NCBI GenBank assembly: GCA_030609365.1
Contig: JAUWCJ010000003.1
Location: 1 to 63,157 of the forward strand
Length of the DNA: 63,157 nt
Direction: 5' to 3'
Origin: Candidatus Eiseniibacteriota bacterium
GTDB taxonomy: Bacteria > Joyebacterota > Joyebacteria > Joyebacterales > Joyebacteraceae
In this document: piece after piece, positions 24,401-34,166 of the stretch
Numbering within the stretch: position 1 is the stretch's first letter
How the letters are laid out: every line of letters begins with the position of its first letter
Translations under genes and position numbers: made by a program
The notes under the pieces: model-generated
What the model was told of the DNA's origin: nothing
The model's database searches: none
Seen by the model: only the letters and a program-made list of their open reading frames with translations

Positions 24401-26938
24401 CTACTCTACTATAAGGACGGAGTTCTCGCCGCCATGGTTGTCGCCCACGCGCTCGGGATTGCCGGCGTCCGGCTCCCAAGAGCCGCCTGGGTCCACTACG
24501 AACTTGTACTCGTATCGGCCGGGCGCAAGCTCAAGCGTGACCGTCCACACGCCGTCGCCGTCCTCGTCGGCCATTGTCACCGCCGCGGGATCCCAGCCGT
24601 TGAATTCTCCGGCCAGGTGCACGGTCGTCGCGGAAGCGGGCGCGTGGCTGAAAAGCACGCCCGCGGGTGTCATAACGGGGCCCGCGAGAAGCTCGGCGTC
24701 CTCGACCGTCTCGGCCCGAGCCATGGCGCCTCCCCCACCGCCGGTGGCTGCGTCCGGCGTCGGCGCCGAATCGAGCACGCTCACGGACAGGAACGCCGGC
24801 GGCGTCTCGCCGACCAGCGTGTAGACGTTCGTCAGCGTGCCGCGGAATATCTCGTCGAAGGCGCCGTCGTTTGCCGAGTCCTGATCGTTGCCATACCACC
24901 AGAACCAGTCGCTCCCCTCCGCCGCATACATCTCGTCGAACGCGCGCGCCAGAGCGTCAGCGTCCACCCCGTCCCGGTAAGCGAAGTCCGCGAGGTCCGC
25001 GCGCACGCGCGCCAGGTAGTCCCAGGCCGTGTTCTCTTCGCTCTCTCCGATCCATGTCGAGAAGTCAGAGTTGATCCACGAGCCCGCCCACAGCCGCGGC
25101 AGGGTCTCGGTGGGAGGGTGCTCTGCGAGGTAGTCCTCGACGGTCACGGTCTCGAGGAAGGAGGCCCGGCTCATCTGGTCGTACCACGAGTGGAAGAATT
25201 CCTTGCCGTCGTGCTTGAACCACTCCCAGGCGTTCTCGCCGTCCAGGATGATGGGCACGACGTACGACCGCTCGTCGTCCGCCAGCTGCTTGTGTATGGA
25301 GTAGAGGCTCATCATCATCGAGTTGGCGGCGTCCACGCCGTCCATCTTCCCGAAGTTGAAGCCGATGTCGTCCGAAAGGCGATGGTCCCTGAAGATCATC
25401 GCGACGCGCCTGTCGCCGTCCTCTGCCCAGTACATCTGATACCGGTCCCTCGCCGACAGGTACGGCGCGCCCAGCGAGCGCTGAAGGACCTGGTCGTCCG
25501 AGGCCATCCATGCGAATCCCGCGTCCGCGACGGTCCCCACTATCTCCTGAGCGACGGAGCCCTCTGCGGGCCACAGTCCCGCTGGCCTCGCCCCGAAGAG
25601 CTCCTCGTAGTAGTCCGCGGCCATCTCGACGTGCCGCGATGCGTCTTCCGGATAGCTGAAGCGGTGCTCCGGCAACTGCGTGCCCGGCATGGCGACGCGC
25701 GCCAGATCGGTATCGAAGATGAGCGGCAGGATCGGGTGGTAGAACGGAGTCGTGATGACCTCGAGCTGCCCCCGCTCCCGTGCATCGCGGTGAACGGCCA
25801 CGACGTTCTTCATGATGGCCATCTGCGTGTCGATGATCTCGCGCTTGTCGTCTTCGGTGAAGCCCTCCGCCTTCTCTATAAGATGGCTGACCGTTACGAC
25901 GCTTCCGTCCGGCAGTGTGACCTCGCCCTCCTGGAAGTCCGGGTCGAACCACGCGAGGTTGAACCAGGCCTGCAGGTCACGCCAGTCCTGCTGAGTGAAT
26001 GTCGCTGCGGCGGCTTCGAGCTCCGCCCTCGTGTCGCCACCCTTCATATCCTTGAGCGCCCGGTAGCGCGGCCAGATGTGGATCTTGTTGTCCCACTGCG
26101 CATTGAAGAAGTGCGTGAGGAGATAGACCTGGTCGTTGAGCGTCAGCTCGGCGGTGTCCTTGAGCGTCATCCGCAGGTACTTGTCGGCGCCGCCCCCGGT
26201 CTCGTAGCCACGCACTACGTCGTCGAGCTGCATCAGAAGGATGGGCGTCAGGTTCACCGTGAAGCGCATGTCCGGGTAGTCGTTCAGGATCGACACCATG
26301 TCGTAGTAGTCCTTGATGGCGTGCATCCGAACCCACGGCTCCGCGTACTCCCCCGTCTCGAGATCCTTGAGGTACTTCGGCTGGTGCTGGTGCCAGACGA
26401 TGGCGACGTAGAGCTTCGTGCCGAGAAGCTCGAGCTCGTCGACCACCGGCTCGAAGGTCGAGGCCTCAGCGCCTCCGATATGCCCCAGCACGACGGACCC
26501 GTCCTCCACGATGGAGAGCACGGTGTTGACGCCGCCGTGGTTGTCGTCGACCGTGTTCGGGTTCAGAGGGTCCTCGCGCCACGACACTCCGCCGTCGACG
26601 ACGAACTTGTACTCGTACGAGCGCCCCGCCTGCAGCTCGGTTACGATCTCCCAGACGCCGTCACCGTCCTCGTCGGCCATTGGAAGCGACGCCGGGTCCC
26701 AGCTGTTGAACTCCCCCGCCAGGTGCACGGTCGTGGCCGACGGAGCATCGTAGCTGAACTTCACTCCGCCATCGACGGCCACGGGTGGCGCGGCCGCAGC
26801 GGCGCACACGGCGGGCCACATCAGGGCAACAGCCAGTGAGATGGCTGCGATCGCCGTCCGCCTCGCTCCAGCGCCGGCCGTCCGCCTCGCTCCAACCCCG
26901 GCCGTCCGCCCGATACCGATCCCGAATGTTCGCTTCAT
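24401..26938 (-). CDS. Secreted GH57 alpha-glucan-active enzyme (alpha-amylase/amylopullulanase type) flanked by N- and C-terminal CBM48 modules.
   Basis: GH57 regions: VWHQHQPKY, EVITTPFYHPILPL, GLWPAEGSV and PIILDGENAWEW. CBM48/AMPK-beta-like modules occur at both ends: VHLAGEFNSWDP..DGDGVWEI..YEYKFVVDG and VHLAGEFNGWDP..DGDGVWTV..YEYKFVVDP. The signal peptide has an Arg-rich repeated n-region. Confidence 0.85.
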   Translation of the reverse strand: MKRTFGIGIGRTAGVGARRTAGAGARRTAIAAISLAVALMWPAVCAAAAAPPVAVDGGVKFSYDAPSATTVHLAGEFNSWDPASLPMADEDGDGVWEIVTELQAGRSYEYKFVVDGGVSWREDPLNPNTVDDNHGGVNTVLSIVEDGSVVLGHIGGAEASTFEPVVDELELLGTKLYVAIVWHQHQPKYLKDLETGEYAEPWVRMHAIKDYYDMVSILNDYPDMRFTVNLTPILLMQLDDVVRGYETGGGADKYLRMTLKDTAELTLNDQVYLLTHFFNAQWDNKIHIWPRYRALKDMKGGDTRAELEAAAATFTQQDWRDLQAWFNLAWFDPDFQEGEVTLPDGSVVTVSHLIEKAEGFTEDDKREIIDTQMAIMKNVVAVHRDARERGQLEVITTPFYHPILPLIFDTDLARVAMPGTQLPEHRFSYPEDASRHVEMAADYYEELFGARPAGLWPAEGSVAQEIVGTVADAGFAWMASDDQVLQRSLGAPYLSARDRYQMYWAEDGDRRVAMIFRDHRLSDDIGFNFGKMDGVDAANSMMMSLYSIHKQLADDERSYVVPIILDGENAWEWFKHDGKEFFHSWYDQMSRASFLETVTVEDYLAEHPPTETLPRLWAGSWINSDFSTWIGESEENTAWDYLARVRADLADFAYRDGVDADALARAFDEMYAAEGSDWFWWYGNDQDSANDGAFDEIFRGTLTNVYTLVGETPPAFLSVSVLDSAPTPDAATGGGGGAMARAETVEDAELLAGPVMTPAGVLFSHAPASATTVHLAGEFNGWDPAAVTMADEDGDGVWTVTLELAPGRYEYKFVVDPGGSWEPDAGNPERVGDNHGGENSVLIVE
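26853..26911 (-). repeat. 24-bp tandem repeat (about 2.4 units) in the signal-peptide n-region of the GH57 gene.
   Basis: GCCGTCCGCCTCGCTCCA recurs at 26853 and 26877, and partially at 26901. It encodes RTAGVGAR / RTAGAGAR / RTA. Confidence 0.85.
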
Positions 26939-27020
26939 GCCAGCTCCCCCAGATGCACCGCTCGCCCGGCCGTGCAGCCGCCGGGCGACCGATGGAATGC
27001 CCTGCGAGTCTTCGTCCGCT

Positions 27021-27797
27021 CTACTCCAGCGCCAGAGCCGGGAGTATCACCAGCTGACCCGTCTCCAAACTGCAGTCGCCCAGTATCTCCTCCTGCGACC
27101 TCTGCCCCCCGCCGAAGAGGAAGAGGATCTTCTTCGGCTCGGGCACAATGATGTCATACAGGTTCGCATCGATCGACAGGTCGTCACCCCCGCCGCCCCG
27201 CCACTCCTCCTCGACCTTCTTGACCTCGCGGAAGTCGCCCAACCCCCCGGCGCCGTAGTCGTCCTGAAGCCCGACCGCCGCCGTGAAGCGCCAGTCGGCC
27301 GCGGCGCCGTCGATGGCGTCGATCGGGACATTTATCCTGATGGTACCCTTCTCCATGTTCGTTTCGACACTCGCGCCGATGTCAACACGCTCGGCGTTCA
27401 TGTCTATGACCTCCACGGTCTCTCCGGCCACGAAGATCTGATACTCGGACGGCTCGGCCAGAAGCGCGTTCGCGTTGCGCCGGAGCTCTCCGTCGCCACC
27501 TTCCTCCGTGTCGATGGCGACCGCGACCATGGTCAGTCGGTTGCCGACGTTCCACGGATCGACAAGGTTGCGTATCGTGAACTCGAAGATCAGCGAGCCG
27601 TTCTCCTTCTCGATCGCAAACGACAGGATGTCCGCCTGCCCACCCTCTCCAAACGCCTCGTTCAGAGGATACGTGTAGTCCCCGTCACCGGTGTCGTCCC
27701 CGACCGGGTCGTCCCATCTAGCCAGTTCCTCGGCCACCGCCGGAATCGCGACAGCAAGAATCGCAAGGAGCACAACAGCCCCGCGCAACAGCTTCAC
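27021..27797 (-). CDS. Secreted protein with a glucodextranase C-terminal (Glucodextran_C)-like glucan/surface-binding module.
   Basis: ORF trimmed to the GTG at 27797 (AAGGGGG upstream; VKLLRGAVVLLAILAVAIPAVA|EE). WDDPVGDDTGDGDYTYPLNEAF..ADILSFAIEKENGSLIFEFTIRNL is paralogous to FDDPEGDDHG..LYYKYPTNLVF..FDITEVEIFADGDRIVFRTHIRDL in the 1797-aa protein. The family name is recalled from memory. Confidence 0.5.
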   Translation of the reverse strand: MKLLRGAVVLLAILAVAIPAVAEELARWDDPVGDDTGDGDYTYPLNEAFGEGGQADILSFAIEKENGSLIFEFTIRNLVDPWNVGNRLTMVAVAIDTEEGGDGELRRNANALLAEPSEYQIFVAGETVEVIDMNAERVDIGASVETNMEKGTIRINVPIDAIDGAAADWRFTAAVGLQDDYGAGGLGDFREVKKVEEEWRGGGGDDLSIDANLYDIIVPEPKKILFLFGGGQRSQEEILGDCSLETGQLVILPALALE

Positions 27798-27943
27798 ATC
27801 TGCCCCCTTGAATGCAGCAACGCCTGAGCGTCCCCCAGGCTTCGACTCAGTTCCGTCCGCTCGCGTGCATCTGTCCACCCGTGTACGTCCGTCCGGCCCC
27901 GGCCGCGCTCTGCCCGAGGTCGGACGGTCTCACCGCTCACAAT

Positions 27944-29176
27944 CTAATCGCCCGCGAGCAGTTTGTCTATCTCTGCCGCGGCGGAGTTGAGCGCCGCCTC
28001 AACCGACTTCGTGCCGTCCAGAGCAGCCTGCATCTCCGGATTCATCAGATTCTCGATCTCAGGGTAGCCCATCACCTGTGGGCGCGGGATCGCTGTCTTC
28101 ATCTGCTCGACGAAGACGGCGAGGTATGGGTGCTCCTTGGACGTGATAGCGTCCGACGCCTTGACGTTCACGGGGATCTGGCCCAGTCTCGACGCCCACA
28201 TACGCTGCGTCTCCTCGCTGGCCACGAACCGCAGAAACTCCGAGGCAAGCTCGGGCTGACCAGTATTCCTGAACACGACCAGGTTGTTCCCCCCGACGTT
28301 GGTCGCCGTGCCGGCCGGTCCCGCGGGAATCAGACCGACCCCGAAATCTATCCCCGTGCGCTTGAGACTCTCTACCGCCCACGGCCCGTTCAGGATCATC
28401 GAGTATCGTCCGTTCTGGAAACCCAGGTCGTGGACGATGCCGCCCGCGCGCCACGCGCCACCCTCGATGCTGTACCTCTGGTGCAGATCCACCTTGAGCT
28501 GGAACGCGGCGACACCCTCGGGACTGTTCAGCACGCACCGCGTGCCGTCATCCGAGAGAAACTGTGCGCCGTGCGTGTAGAAGAACGGGAGCGTCCACCA
28601 GAGCGAGTTGGAAAGACCTATGCCGAAGACACCCTCGTCCCTGTTCGTCAGCTTCTTCCCGTAGGATATCAGCTCGTCCCACGTTGCCGGCGGACGTTCG
28701 GGGTCCAGCCCGGCGGCGCGGAAGTGCTCTCTATTATAGAAGAGGCAGAGACCGTTGGTCTGGTCCGGCAGCCCCCACAGCGTGTCCTCGTAGTAGCAGC
28801 TCGAGAGCGCCACTGGGAGAATCTCGTCGCGGAACTCAGAGGAAACGTACGGACCGAGGTCGAGAAGCGCGTTCTTGCCCGCGAGCTTCGCGAGGAACGA
28901 GACATCCACCCTTGCGATGTCGGGCTCGGTGCGCGTTGTGAGAGCCGTCTGGATCTTGGGCTCGGCGCCGGCGAAGGGGAGCCTGATCACATCGATCGTA
29001 ATGTCAGGATGCGCCACCTTGAAGCTCTCGACGATCTCCTTGAAGACCGGGTACTCCTCGTCGTTGTAGGTCTGCCAGATCGTGAGCGTCGCCGCATCGT
29101 CCTGCCCGCCCCCACAGCCTGCCGAGAGCGCGACCGCTACCAGAAGCGCCCCTCCTATAGACAGTGTTCTTCTCAT
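27944..29176 (-). CDS. Sugar ABC transporter substrate-binding lipoprotein (MalE/family-1 SBP-like).
   Basis: Lipobox ALSAGCGGG. It has a typical SBP_bac_1 layout (TIWQTYNDEE.., PDIARVD.., WGLPDQTNGL.., GGNNLVVF). It lies adjacent to two permease genes. Confidence 0.8.
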   Translation of the reverse strand: MRRTLSIGGALLVAVALSAGCGGGQDDAATLTIWQTYNDEEYPVFKEIVESFKVAHPDITIDVIRLPFAGAEPKIQTALTTRTEPDIARVDVSFLAKLAGKNALLDLGPYVSSEFRDEILPVALSSCYYEDTLWGLPDQTNGLCLFYNREHFRAAGLDPERPPATWDELISYGKKLTNRDEGVFGIGLSNSLWWTLPFFYTHGAQFLSDDGTRCVLNSPEGVAAFQLKVDLHQRYSIEGGAWRAGGIVHDLGFQNGRYSMILNGPWAVESLKRTGIDFGVGLIPAGPAGTATNVGGNNLVVFRNTGQPELASEFLRFVASEETQRMWASRLGQIPVNVKASDAITSKEHPYLAVFVEQMKTAIPRPQVMGYPEIENLMNPEMQAALDGTKSVEAALNSAAAEIDKLLAGD

Positions 29177-29251
29177 GTCTGTTCCCTTTCGTATCGAGTT
29201 TACGCTAGTGTGGCCGAGCCCCGTGCCATCCGGCCCGCCATGCTCCGCCGC

Positions 29252-30079
29252 CTAGCCCTTGAGCGCCCCCATCGTCATTCCCTCAATGAAGTACCTCTGA
29301 GCAAAGAAGAAGAGCGCGGCGATCGGTAGCACAGAGATACACGACCCCGCCATCTTCAGCGTGTACAACTCCTCGTGCGCGCTCTTGAACATCGCGAGCC
29401 CCACCGGAACGGTGTAGAGGCGCTCGACGTTCGTCACTATGAGCTGCCAGAGAAAGTTGTTCCAGTGGAACTGGAACGTCAGGAGAAAGAGCGTCGCGAT
29501 GATCGGGATGGACAGCGGCACCATGATGGTCCTGAAGACCTGCCACTCCCCCGCGCCGTCGATCTTGGCCGCCTCCAGAAGCTCCGATGGGATGGTCATC
29601 ATGTACTGTCTCATCAGGAAGAGGCCGAAGACGTTCGCGAGGTGCGGGATGATCATCGCCTTGTAACTGTTCATCCACCCGAGCCAGTTGATGATCGCGA
29701 ACTGCGGCACCACGTACATCATCCCGGGGATCATGAGCGACGCGAGCAGAAATCCGAACACCTTGTCCTTCCCGACGAACTCCTTCTTAGCGAAGACGTA
29801 GCCCGCCATCGTGGCAAAGAACGTCGCGAAGAGCGCGGCCGAGCTCGCCACGACGACGCTGTTCACGAAGTAGCGCGCGAACCCGTAGTCGGTGAGGACT
29901 CGCCTGAAGTTCTCGAGCGTCGGGTCGGAGGGGAAGATCTCCTGGCTGAAGGCCTGACCGGGTTCCTTGAACGCCGTCACGACCATCCAGAAGAACGGGA
30001 ACAGCACCACGATCGCCGCGACCGTCAGACCGGTGTAGAGAAGTGTCCTTCTGAGAACCGCCGCGCGCGTCCGTACCAC
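29252..30079 (-). CDS. Carbohydrate ABC transporter permease (MalG-like).
   Basis: 275 aa with six predicted TM helices. The EAA loop is LLEAAKIDGAGEWQVFRTIMVPLS. Confidence 0.85.
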   Translation of the reverse strand: MVRTRAAVLRRTLLYTGLTVAAIVVLFPFFWMVVTAFKEPGQAFSQEIFPSDPTLENFRRVLTDYGFARYFVNSVVVASSAALFATFFATMAGYVFAKKEFVGKDKVFGFLLASLMIPGMMYVVPQFAIINWLGWMNSYKAMIIPHLANVFGLFLMRQYMMTIPSELLEAAKIDGAGEWQVFRTIMVPLSIPIIATLFLLTFQFHWNNFLWQLIVTNVERLYTVPVGLAMFKSAHEELYTLKMAGSCISVLPIAALFFFAQRYFIEGMTMGALKG

Positions 30080-30081
30080 CT

Positions 30082-31080
30082 CTACACCTCCGACCTGAGG
30101 AAGCGCCTGTTGACGAGCGAAATGATGAGCGTGAGCGCCAGGAGCACGTACGACATCGCAGCGGCGTATCCGAGCTTGAACTGCGTGTAGAACGTGTCAA
30201 AGACGTAGTAACCCGTCACCCACGTCGCCCCGAGCGCGCGGCCGCCGACGTCGATGTTCGGCCCGCCGCCCGTCATTGCGTAGACCTCGGCGAACGCGTT
30301 CAGAGCGCCGATGGTCCCTATGATGACCATGAAGAGTGTGATGGGCTTCACCAGCGGGAGCGTTATTGCGGTGAAGCGCTTCCACGGCGTGGCCCCGTCG
30401 ATCTCGGCGGCCTCGTAGAGCGACTGCGGGATGTTCTGGATCGCCGACAGGTACAGGATCATCCCGAATCCCGCGCCCTTGAGCACGTTCGCGAATACGA
30501 CCGACGGCATCGCGGAGGCGGGCATCCCCAGGAACCCGCGCTCCGAGAACGTAGTGATGCCTATCGACTCGAAGATGCGCGTGAGGATTCCCACGTGCGG
30601 GCTGTATATCAGCGTCCACACGATGCCCACGACCAGCATGTCCAGCACGTAGGGCATGAAGAACGCGCTGCGGTAGGCCGCGACCAGCCGGAGCCTGTTG
30701 TTGAGAAGGAGCGCGAGCGCGAGCGACGCCACTATCCCTGCCGGAATGATGAGAGCCGCGTAGTAGAGAGTCATGAGCACCGACCACCAGAACTTGGTGT
30801 CGGCGAAGAGCTTCGCGAAGTTCCTGAAGGCGACGAACTCCAGCCCCCCGAATATGTCGAAGGAGTCAGCGGGCACCTGGTGCAGCGCCAGGTAGAGCGA
30901 GTAGAAGACCGGGAAGGCCAGGAAGACGGCGAAGGTTATGAGGAACGGCGCGAGAAACGCGTAGGAGGTGGCCGAGTCGCGCGCTCGCCTGGAGGGACGC
31001 GGCCTGGGTCCCGGGTTCACACCGGGCCCGTCCGGTCCAGGACGTTCGTGCCTGCGCATCCGACCATCGTGGCGTGGCAT
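30082..31080 (-). CDS. Carbohydrate ABC transporter permease (MalF-like).
   Basis: The EAA loop is LYEAAEIDGATPWKRFTAITLPLV. The start is uncertain: the ORF opens at the GTG at 31113, the ATG at 31080 follows AGGAGG, and another ATG is at 31059. No ATPase gene is present in the locus. Confidence 0.8.
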   Translation of the reverse strand: MPRHDGRMRRHERPGPDGPGVNPGPRPRPSRRARDSATSYAFLAPFLITFAVFLAFPVFYSLYLALHQVPADSFDIFGGLEFVAFRNFAKLFADTKFWWSVLMTLYYAALIIPAGIVASLALALLLNNRLRLVAAYRSAFFMPYVLDMLVVGIVWTLIYSPHVGILTRIFESIGITTFSERGFLGMPASAMPSVVFANVLKGAGFGMILYLSAIQNIPQSLYEAAEIDGATPWKRFTAITLPLVKPITLFMVIIGTIGALNAFAEVYAMTGGGPNIDVGGRALGATWVTGYYVFDTFYTQFKLGYAAAMSYVLLALTLIISLVNRRFLRSEV

Positions 31081-31182
31081 CGGCGGAAAGGGCCTCCTGT
31101 CACCGACCCCCACGCGAGATCACGGGGCCGCGTCCGACCGAGGGGTCTCGCTCAACGGTCAGGGCTGATCCGACCGGGGCTC

Positions 31183-31998
31183 TTACTCAACGGTCAGGAT
31201 TGAATTGACACCGCCGTAGCCATCATCGACGCTCTCCGGATTGCCCGGATCCTCAACCCACGTGCCGTCGACGACGAACTTGTAGAGGTACTCTCCCGGT
31301 TCGAGCTCGATGCTCGCCCGCCACAGGCCATCGTCACCCTTCGTCAGCGGCCGCGCCTCCGGGTTCCAGTCGTTGAACGTTCCCGCGAGATAGACCGCGC
31401 CGGCATCGGGGAAATCGACCTCGAACGCAACGCCTTCCGCAGTCACGGTCGGCTCGGATGCAGTGGGCACATCGCCCTTCCCCTTCACCAGTCCGGACTT
31501 GATGCTCTCACCAATGACCGTGCCGGTGATGTGTTCGTAGTCGTACGAGACCGTCGGAGGAACCACGACGAGCGAGTTCTCGAACCCGGCCTCCATCGCC
31601 TTGTCGGGGTTGCTGGGGTCCTGCTCCCACCGCACACCACCGTCGATCACGAACTTGTACTGATAGCGCCCGGGAGGAAGCGGAAGAACGAGGGTCCACG
31701 TACCGTCGCCGTCCGGGTCGCTCATCGGATTGATACTCGGGTCGTAGCGTCCACCGCCCTGCGTGCCGCCCCAGTTGTTGAAGTCGCCCGCCAGCGTCAC
31801 CAGGCGCGCCGACGGCGCGTGGTAGCGGAACATGATCCCGCCTTCCACCTCCGACGGCGGTGGCAGTCGGTCCTGTATCCAGTCCAGTGTGCCCGCACAC
31901 GAGCTGAGCGCTATTGCTACCGCCAGCGTCACGACCAGAAGCGCCCCAAGTCGGATTCGTCCGTTGGTGGTCTCTCTCACGGTCTTCCGAACCTCCAT
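31183..31998 (-). CDS. Lipoprotein made of two CBM48 (AMPK-beta-like glycogen-binding) modules.
   Basis: Lipobox AIALSSC. Module motifs: VTLAGDFNNW..DGDGTWTL..YQYKFVIDGG and VYLAGTFNDWNP..DDGLWRA..YLYKFVVDG. Confidence 0.75.
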   Translation of the reverse strand: MEVRKTVRETTNGRIRLGALLVVTLAVAIALSSCAGTLDWIQDRLPPPSEVEGGIMFRYHAPSARLVTLAGDFNNWGGTQGGGRYDPSINPMSDPDGDGTWTLVLPLPPGRYQYKFVIDGGVRWEQDPSNPDKAMEAGFENSLVVVPPTVSYDYEHITGTVIGESIKSGLVKGKGDVPTASEPTVTAEGVAFEVDFPDAGAVYLAGTFNDWNPEARPLTKGDDGLWRASIELEPGEYLYKFVVDGTWVEDPGNPESVDDGYGGVNSILTVE

Positions 31999-32000
31999 CG

Positions 32001-34082
32001 CTAGAACGTTATGACCGCCATGACACCGATCGTCTTAGCATCCGCCAGCGCCTTCTCGGCGTCCAAGACGTCGTGGTCGCTGTGGTTCCACAGGTAGTTG
32101 GATAGCCACCGCCCGCGCCCGTCTCCTCTGCCCTCGACCGGCGTGTCCACGTAGTTGGTCGGGTCGACCCCATAGCCCACTCTCACCTCGATGTTTTCCC
32201 TCGGGCTATAGACCAGGGCGACGTACGGAGCCAGGAAGCCGTCGTCGTCGAAGTGGATCGAGTCGGGCGTCGACTGCGCCAGTCGTGGGATGTCCGTGTA
32301 CGAGATGCTCCTGATGTCGAGCAGCACGTTCCAGTCCTGCCAGAACCCGACGTCCGCGGTCAAGATGGTCTCGAGCCTGCTCGCGTCCTTAAGGTAGTCG
32401 ACATCGTAATAGCCTGAGAGCAGCTCGGTGGCAAAACCGACGCGAATTCTCTCGGCCACATCGGCTCCGCCGGTCACCGAGAGCCTGGAGATGCGTTCCT
32501 TCCAGGTGTCGAACGAACCGAAGCTGCCCTCGACCTCCTCGTGGTAGCGCCACTCGAAGTCGGCGCGGTCGTACTCGAATCCCGCATCGAAGATCCCGAA
32601 CCCAAAGTCGGCGTCGAACTTGAACTCCAGCTCGTCCCGCTCTGGCGCCTGCCCAAAAACGTTCACCGAGAGCGGCGAACTGGTGCCCGTGACCTCGGTG
32701 AACTCGCCTTCCGGTATGGCCAGCCAGTAAGGGGAACCGAAGGCCACGTACTGCTCGCCAGGGCTCATGGAGTCAATCGCGGCCTTCGTGACCTGCAGTC
32801 TCAGGTCCAGGTACGGGAGCGGTGAGCTTTCCAGGACGCCCGTCGCGGCCCAGCCGTCCATGTTGCCGACGGGGACATCGATCGCGCCATTCGAGTAGTC
32901 CTCGCCCTCGATCTTCGCTTTGTTGGCCACGTCGAAGAGACTGTCGTAGCTGTAGAGCGAGTACTCGGCCTTTGCGTAGAGCAGGTCGCTCACGACGGGT
33001 ATGTCGGCGTCGAAGCCGATCCAGGTCTCGGTGTTGGAGAGCTCGAACCAGCTGCTCAGAGAGTCTGGACCGCTCGCGAGGTACTCGTCGATGTGCGGGC
33101 TGGTGTTCGTGCCCTCGAAGCCTATCCACCAGCCGTCTCTCCGGCTCGTGTACGTCGCCCCAAGCGTCACGGGACCGACGGTCCGCTTGAGACGCGCCGC
33201 CAGGAGGTCGGTCCCTGTGTTGTCGTAAACGCTTGGGTCGTTCATGATGTAGTAGTCGTAGATGTTCGCGTATGCGGCGTCCAGCGTGAAGTCCCAGAAC
33301 TCCGTGTCGATCATGATGCCCTGTGCGCCCCTGCCGAACGGAATGTGCTCCTCAGGGATAGTGCCGTCGAGGTCGATGTGCCCCACGGTCTCGAGGGGGT
33401 TGTCGTACTGCAGCCGTTCCTCGTTGTAGAACCCCGTCACGGAGAACAGGCCGCCCTCAAGCGTGAGGTGGCCGCTGTAGATGTCGGCCGATATCTCCTT
33501 GATGTCGCCCGCGCCCGTCGAAAGGCGCACGGTGGCATTTCCGGAAGCCATGGACGTCACGGTCGGATTGACGGCGATGTAGAACTCGTGCGCCGGCCTG
33601 TTGAGCCGCCACCGGGGATCGCTCGGCACGCTCGCCTGCCAGTCATACGTCGCCCGATACCAGCCGTTCAGCTGCACCCGGGAGTTCACAGACGTGTTCG
33701 AAATGGGATCAGCGTCCTCTTCCGACACCAGATCGCCGTCGTCGTTGATCGTGATCCCTGAGTTACCGAAGTCGCCGACCACCCTCGGATTCTCGGGGTC
33801 GGCAACCCACTCAGAGCCGTTGACGACGAACTTGTACCCATACTCACCGGGCCCCAGGTCAACGACCACTCTCCAGACCCCGTCCTCATCCTGAGTGAGT
33901 GGTTCGGCGTTCATGTTCCAGCTGTTGAAGTCGCCCGCCAGGCTCACACTGCCCGCGCTCGGGTGGTCGAAGGTGAACTCTATGCCACCGTCCACTCTGG
34001 ACACACCGGCCTGCGCGGGAGCGGTTGCGAGAAGAGCAACGGCTGCCATTAGTGCCACACCTGAGATGCCTCTATGCTTCAT
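32001..34082 (-). CDS. Outer-membrane beta-barrel protein with an N-terminal CBM48 module.
   Basis: ORF trimmed to the ATG at 34082 (GGAGAAG upstream; MKHRGISGVALMAAVALLATAPAQA|G). The CBM48 module is VSLAGDFNSWNM..EDGVWRVV..YGYKFVVNG. The remaining ~600 aa are rich in alternating aromatic/Gly/Asp strands, and the protein ends ..IGVMAVITF (C-terminal Phe, an OMP signature). Confidence 0.6.
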   Translation of the reverse strand: MKHRGISGVALMAAVALLATAPAQAGVSRVDGGIEFTFDHPSAGSVSLAGDFNSWNMNAEPLTQDEDGVWRVVVDLGPGEYGYKFVVNGSEWVADPENPRVVGDFGNSGITINDDGDLVSEEDADPISNTSVNSRVQLNGWYRATYDWQASVPSDPRWRLNRPAHEFYIAVNPTVTSMASGNATVRLSTGAGDIKEISADIYSGHLTLEGGLFSVTGFYNEERLQYDNPLETVGHIDLDGTIPEEHIPFGRGAQGIMIDTEFWDFTLDAAYANIYDYYIMNDPSVYDNTGTDLLAARLKRTVGPVTLGATYTSRRDGWWIGFEGTNTSPHIDEYLASGPDSLSSWFELSNTETWIGFDADIPVVSDLLYAKAEYSLYSYDSLFDVANKAKIEGEDYSNGAIDVPVGNMDGWAATGVLESSPLPYLDLRLQVTKAAIDSMSPGEQYVAFGSPYWLAIPEGEFTEVTGTSSPLSVNVFGQAPERDELEFKFDADFGFGIFDAGFEYDRADFEWRYHEEVEGSFGSFDTWKERISRLSVTGGADVAERIRVGFATELLSGYYDVDYLKDASRLETILTADVGFWQDWNVLLDIRSISYTDIPRLAQSTPDSIHFDDDGFLAPYVALVYSPRENIEVRVGYGVDPTNYVDTPVEGRGDGRGRWLSNYLWNHSDHDVLDAEKALADAKTIGVMAVITF

Positions 34083-34166
34083 CGATTCTTCTCCGGATGG
34101 GGCGCTCAGCGCGCCTCCCTCAAACGATTCCAAGGGACCGGGTCACCCCGCCCCAGCTTTCTTCCG

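Noticed and set aside
24368-26839. Very long plus-strand ORFs: 823 aa at 24368..26839, 681 aa at 60127..62172, 553 aa at 38472..40133, 546 aa at 46920..48560, 505 aa at 27812..29329, 432 aa at 34074..35372, 401 aa at 21048..22253 and 326 aa at 41..1021.
   Set aside because: All are antisense to minus-strand genes with strong family motifs. Their translations are Arg/Pro/His/Val-rich low-complexity sequence with no recognisable motifs. These are typical stop-poor shadow frames of high-GC DNA.
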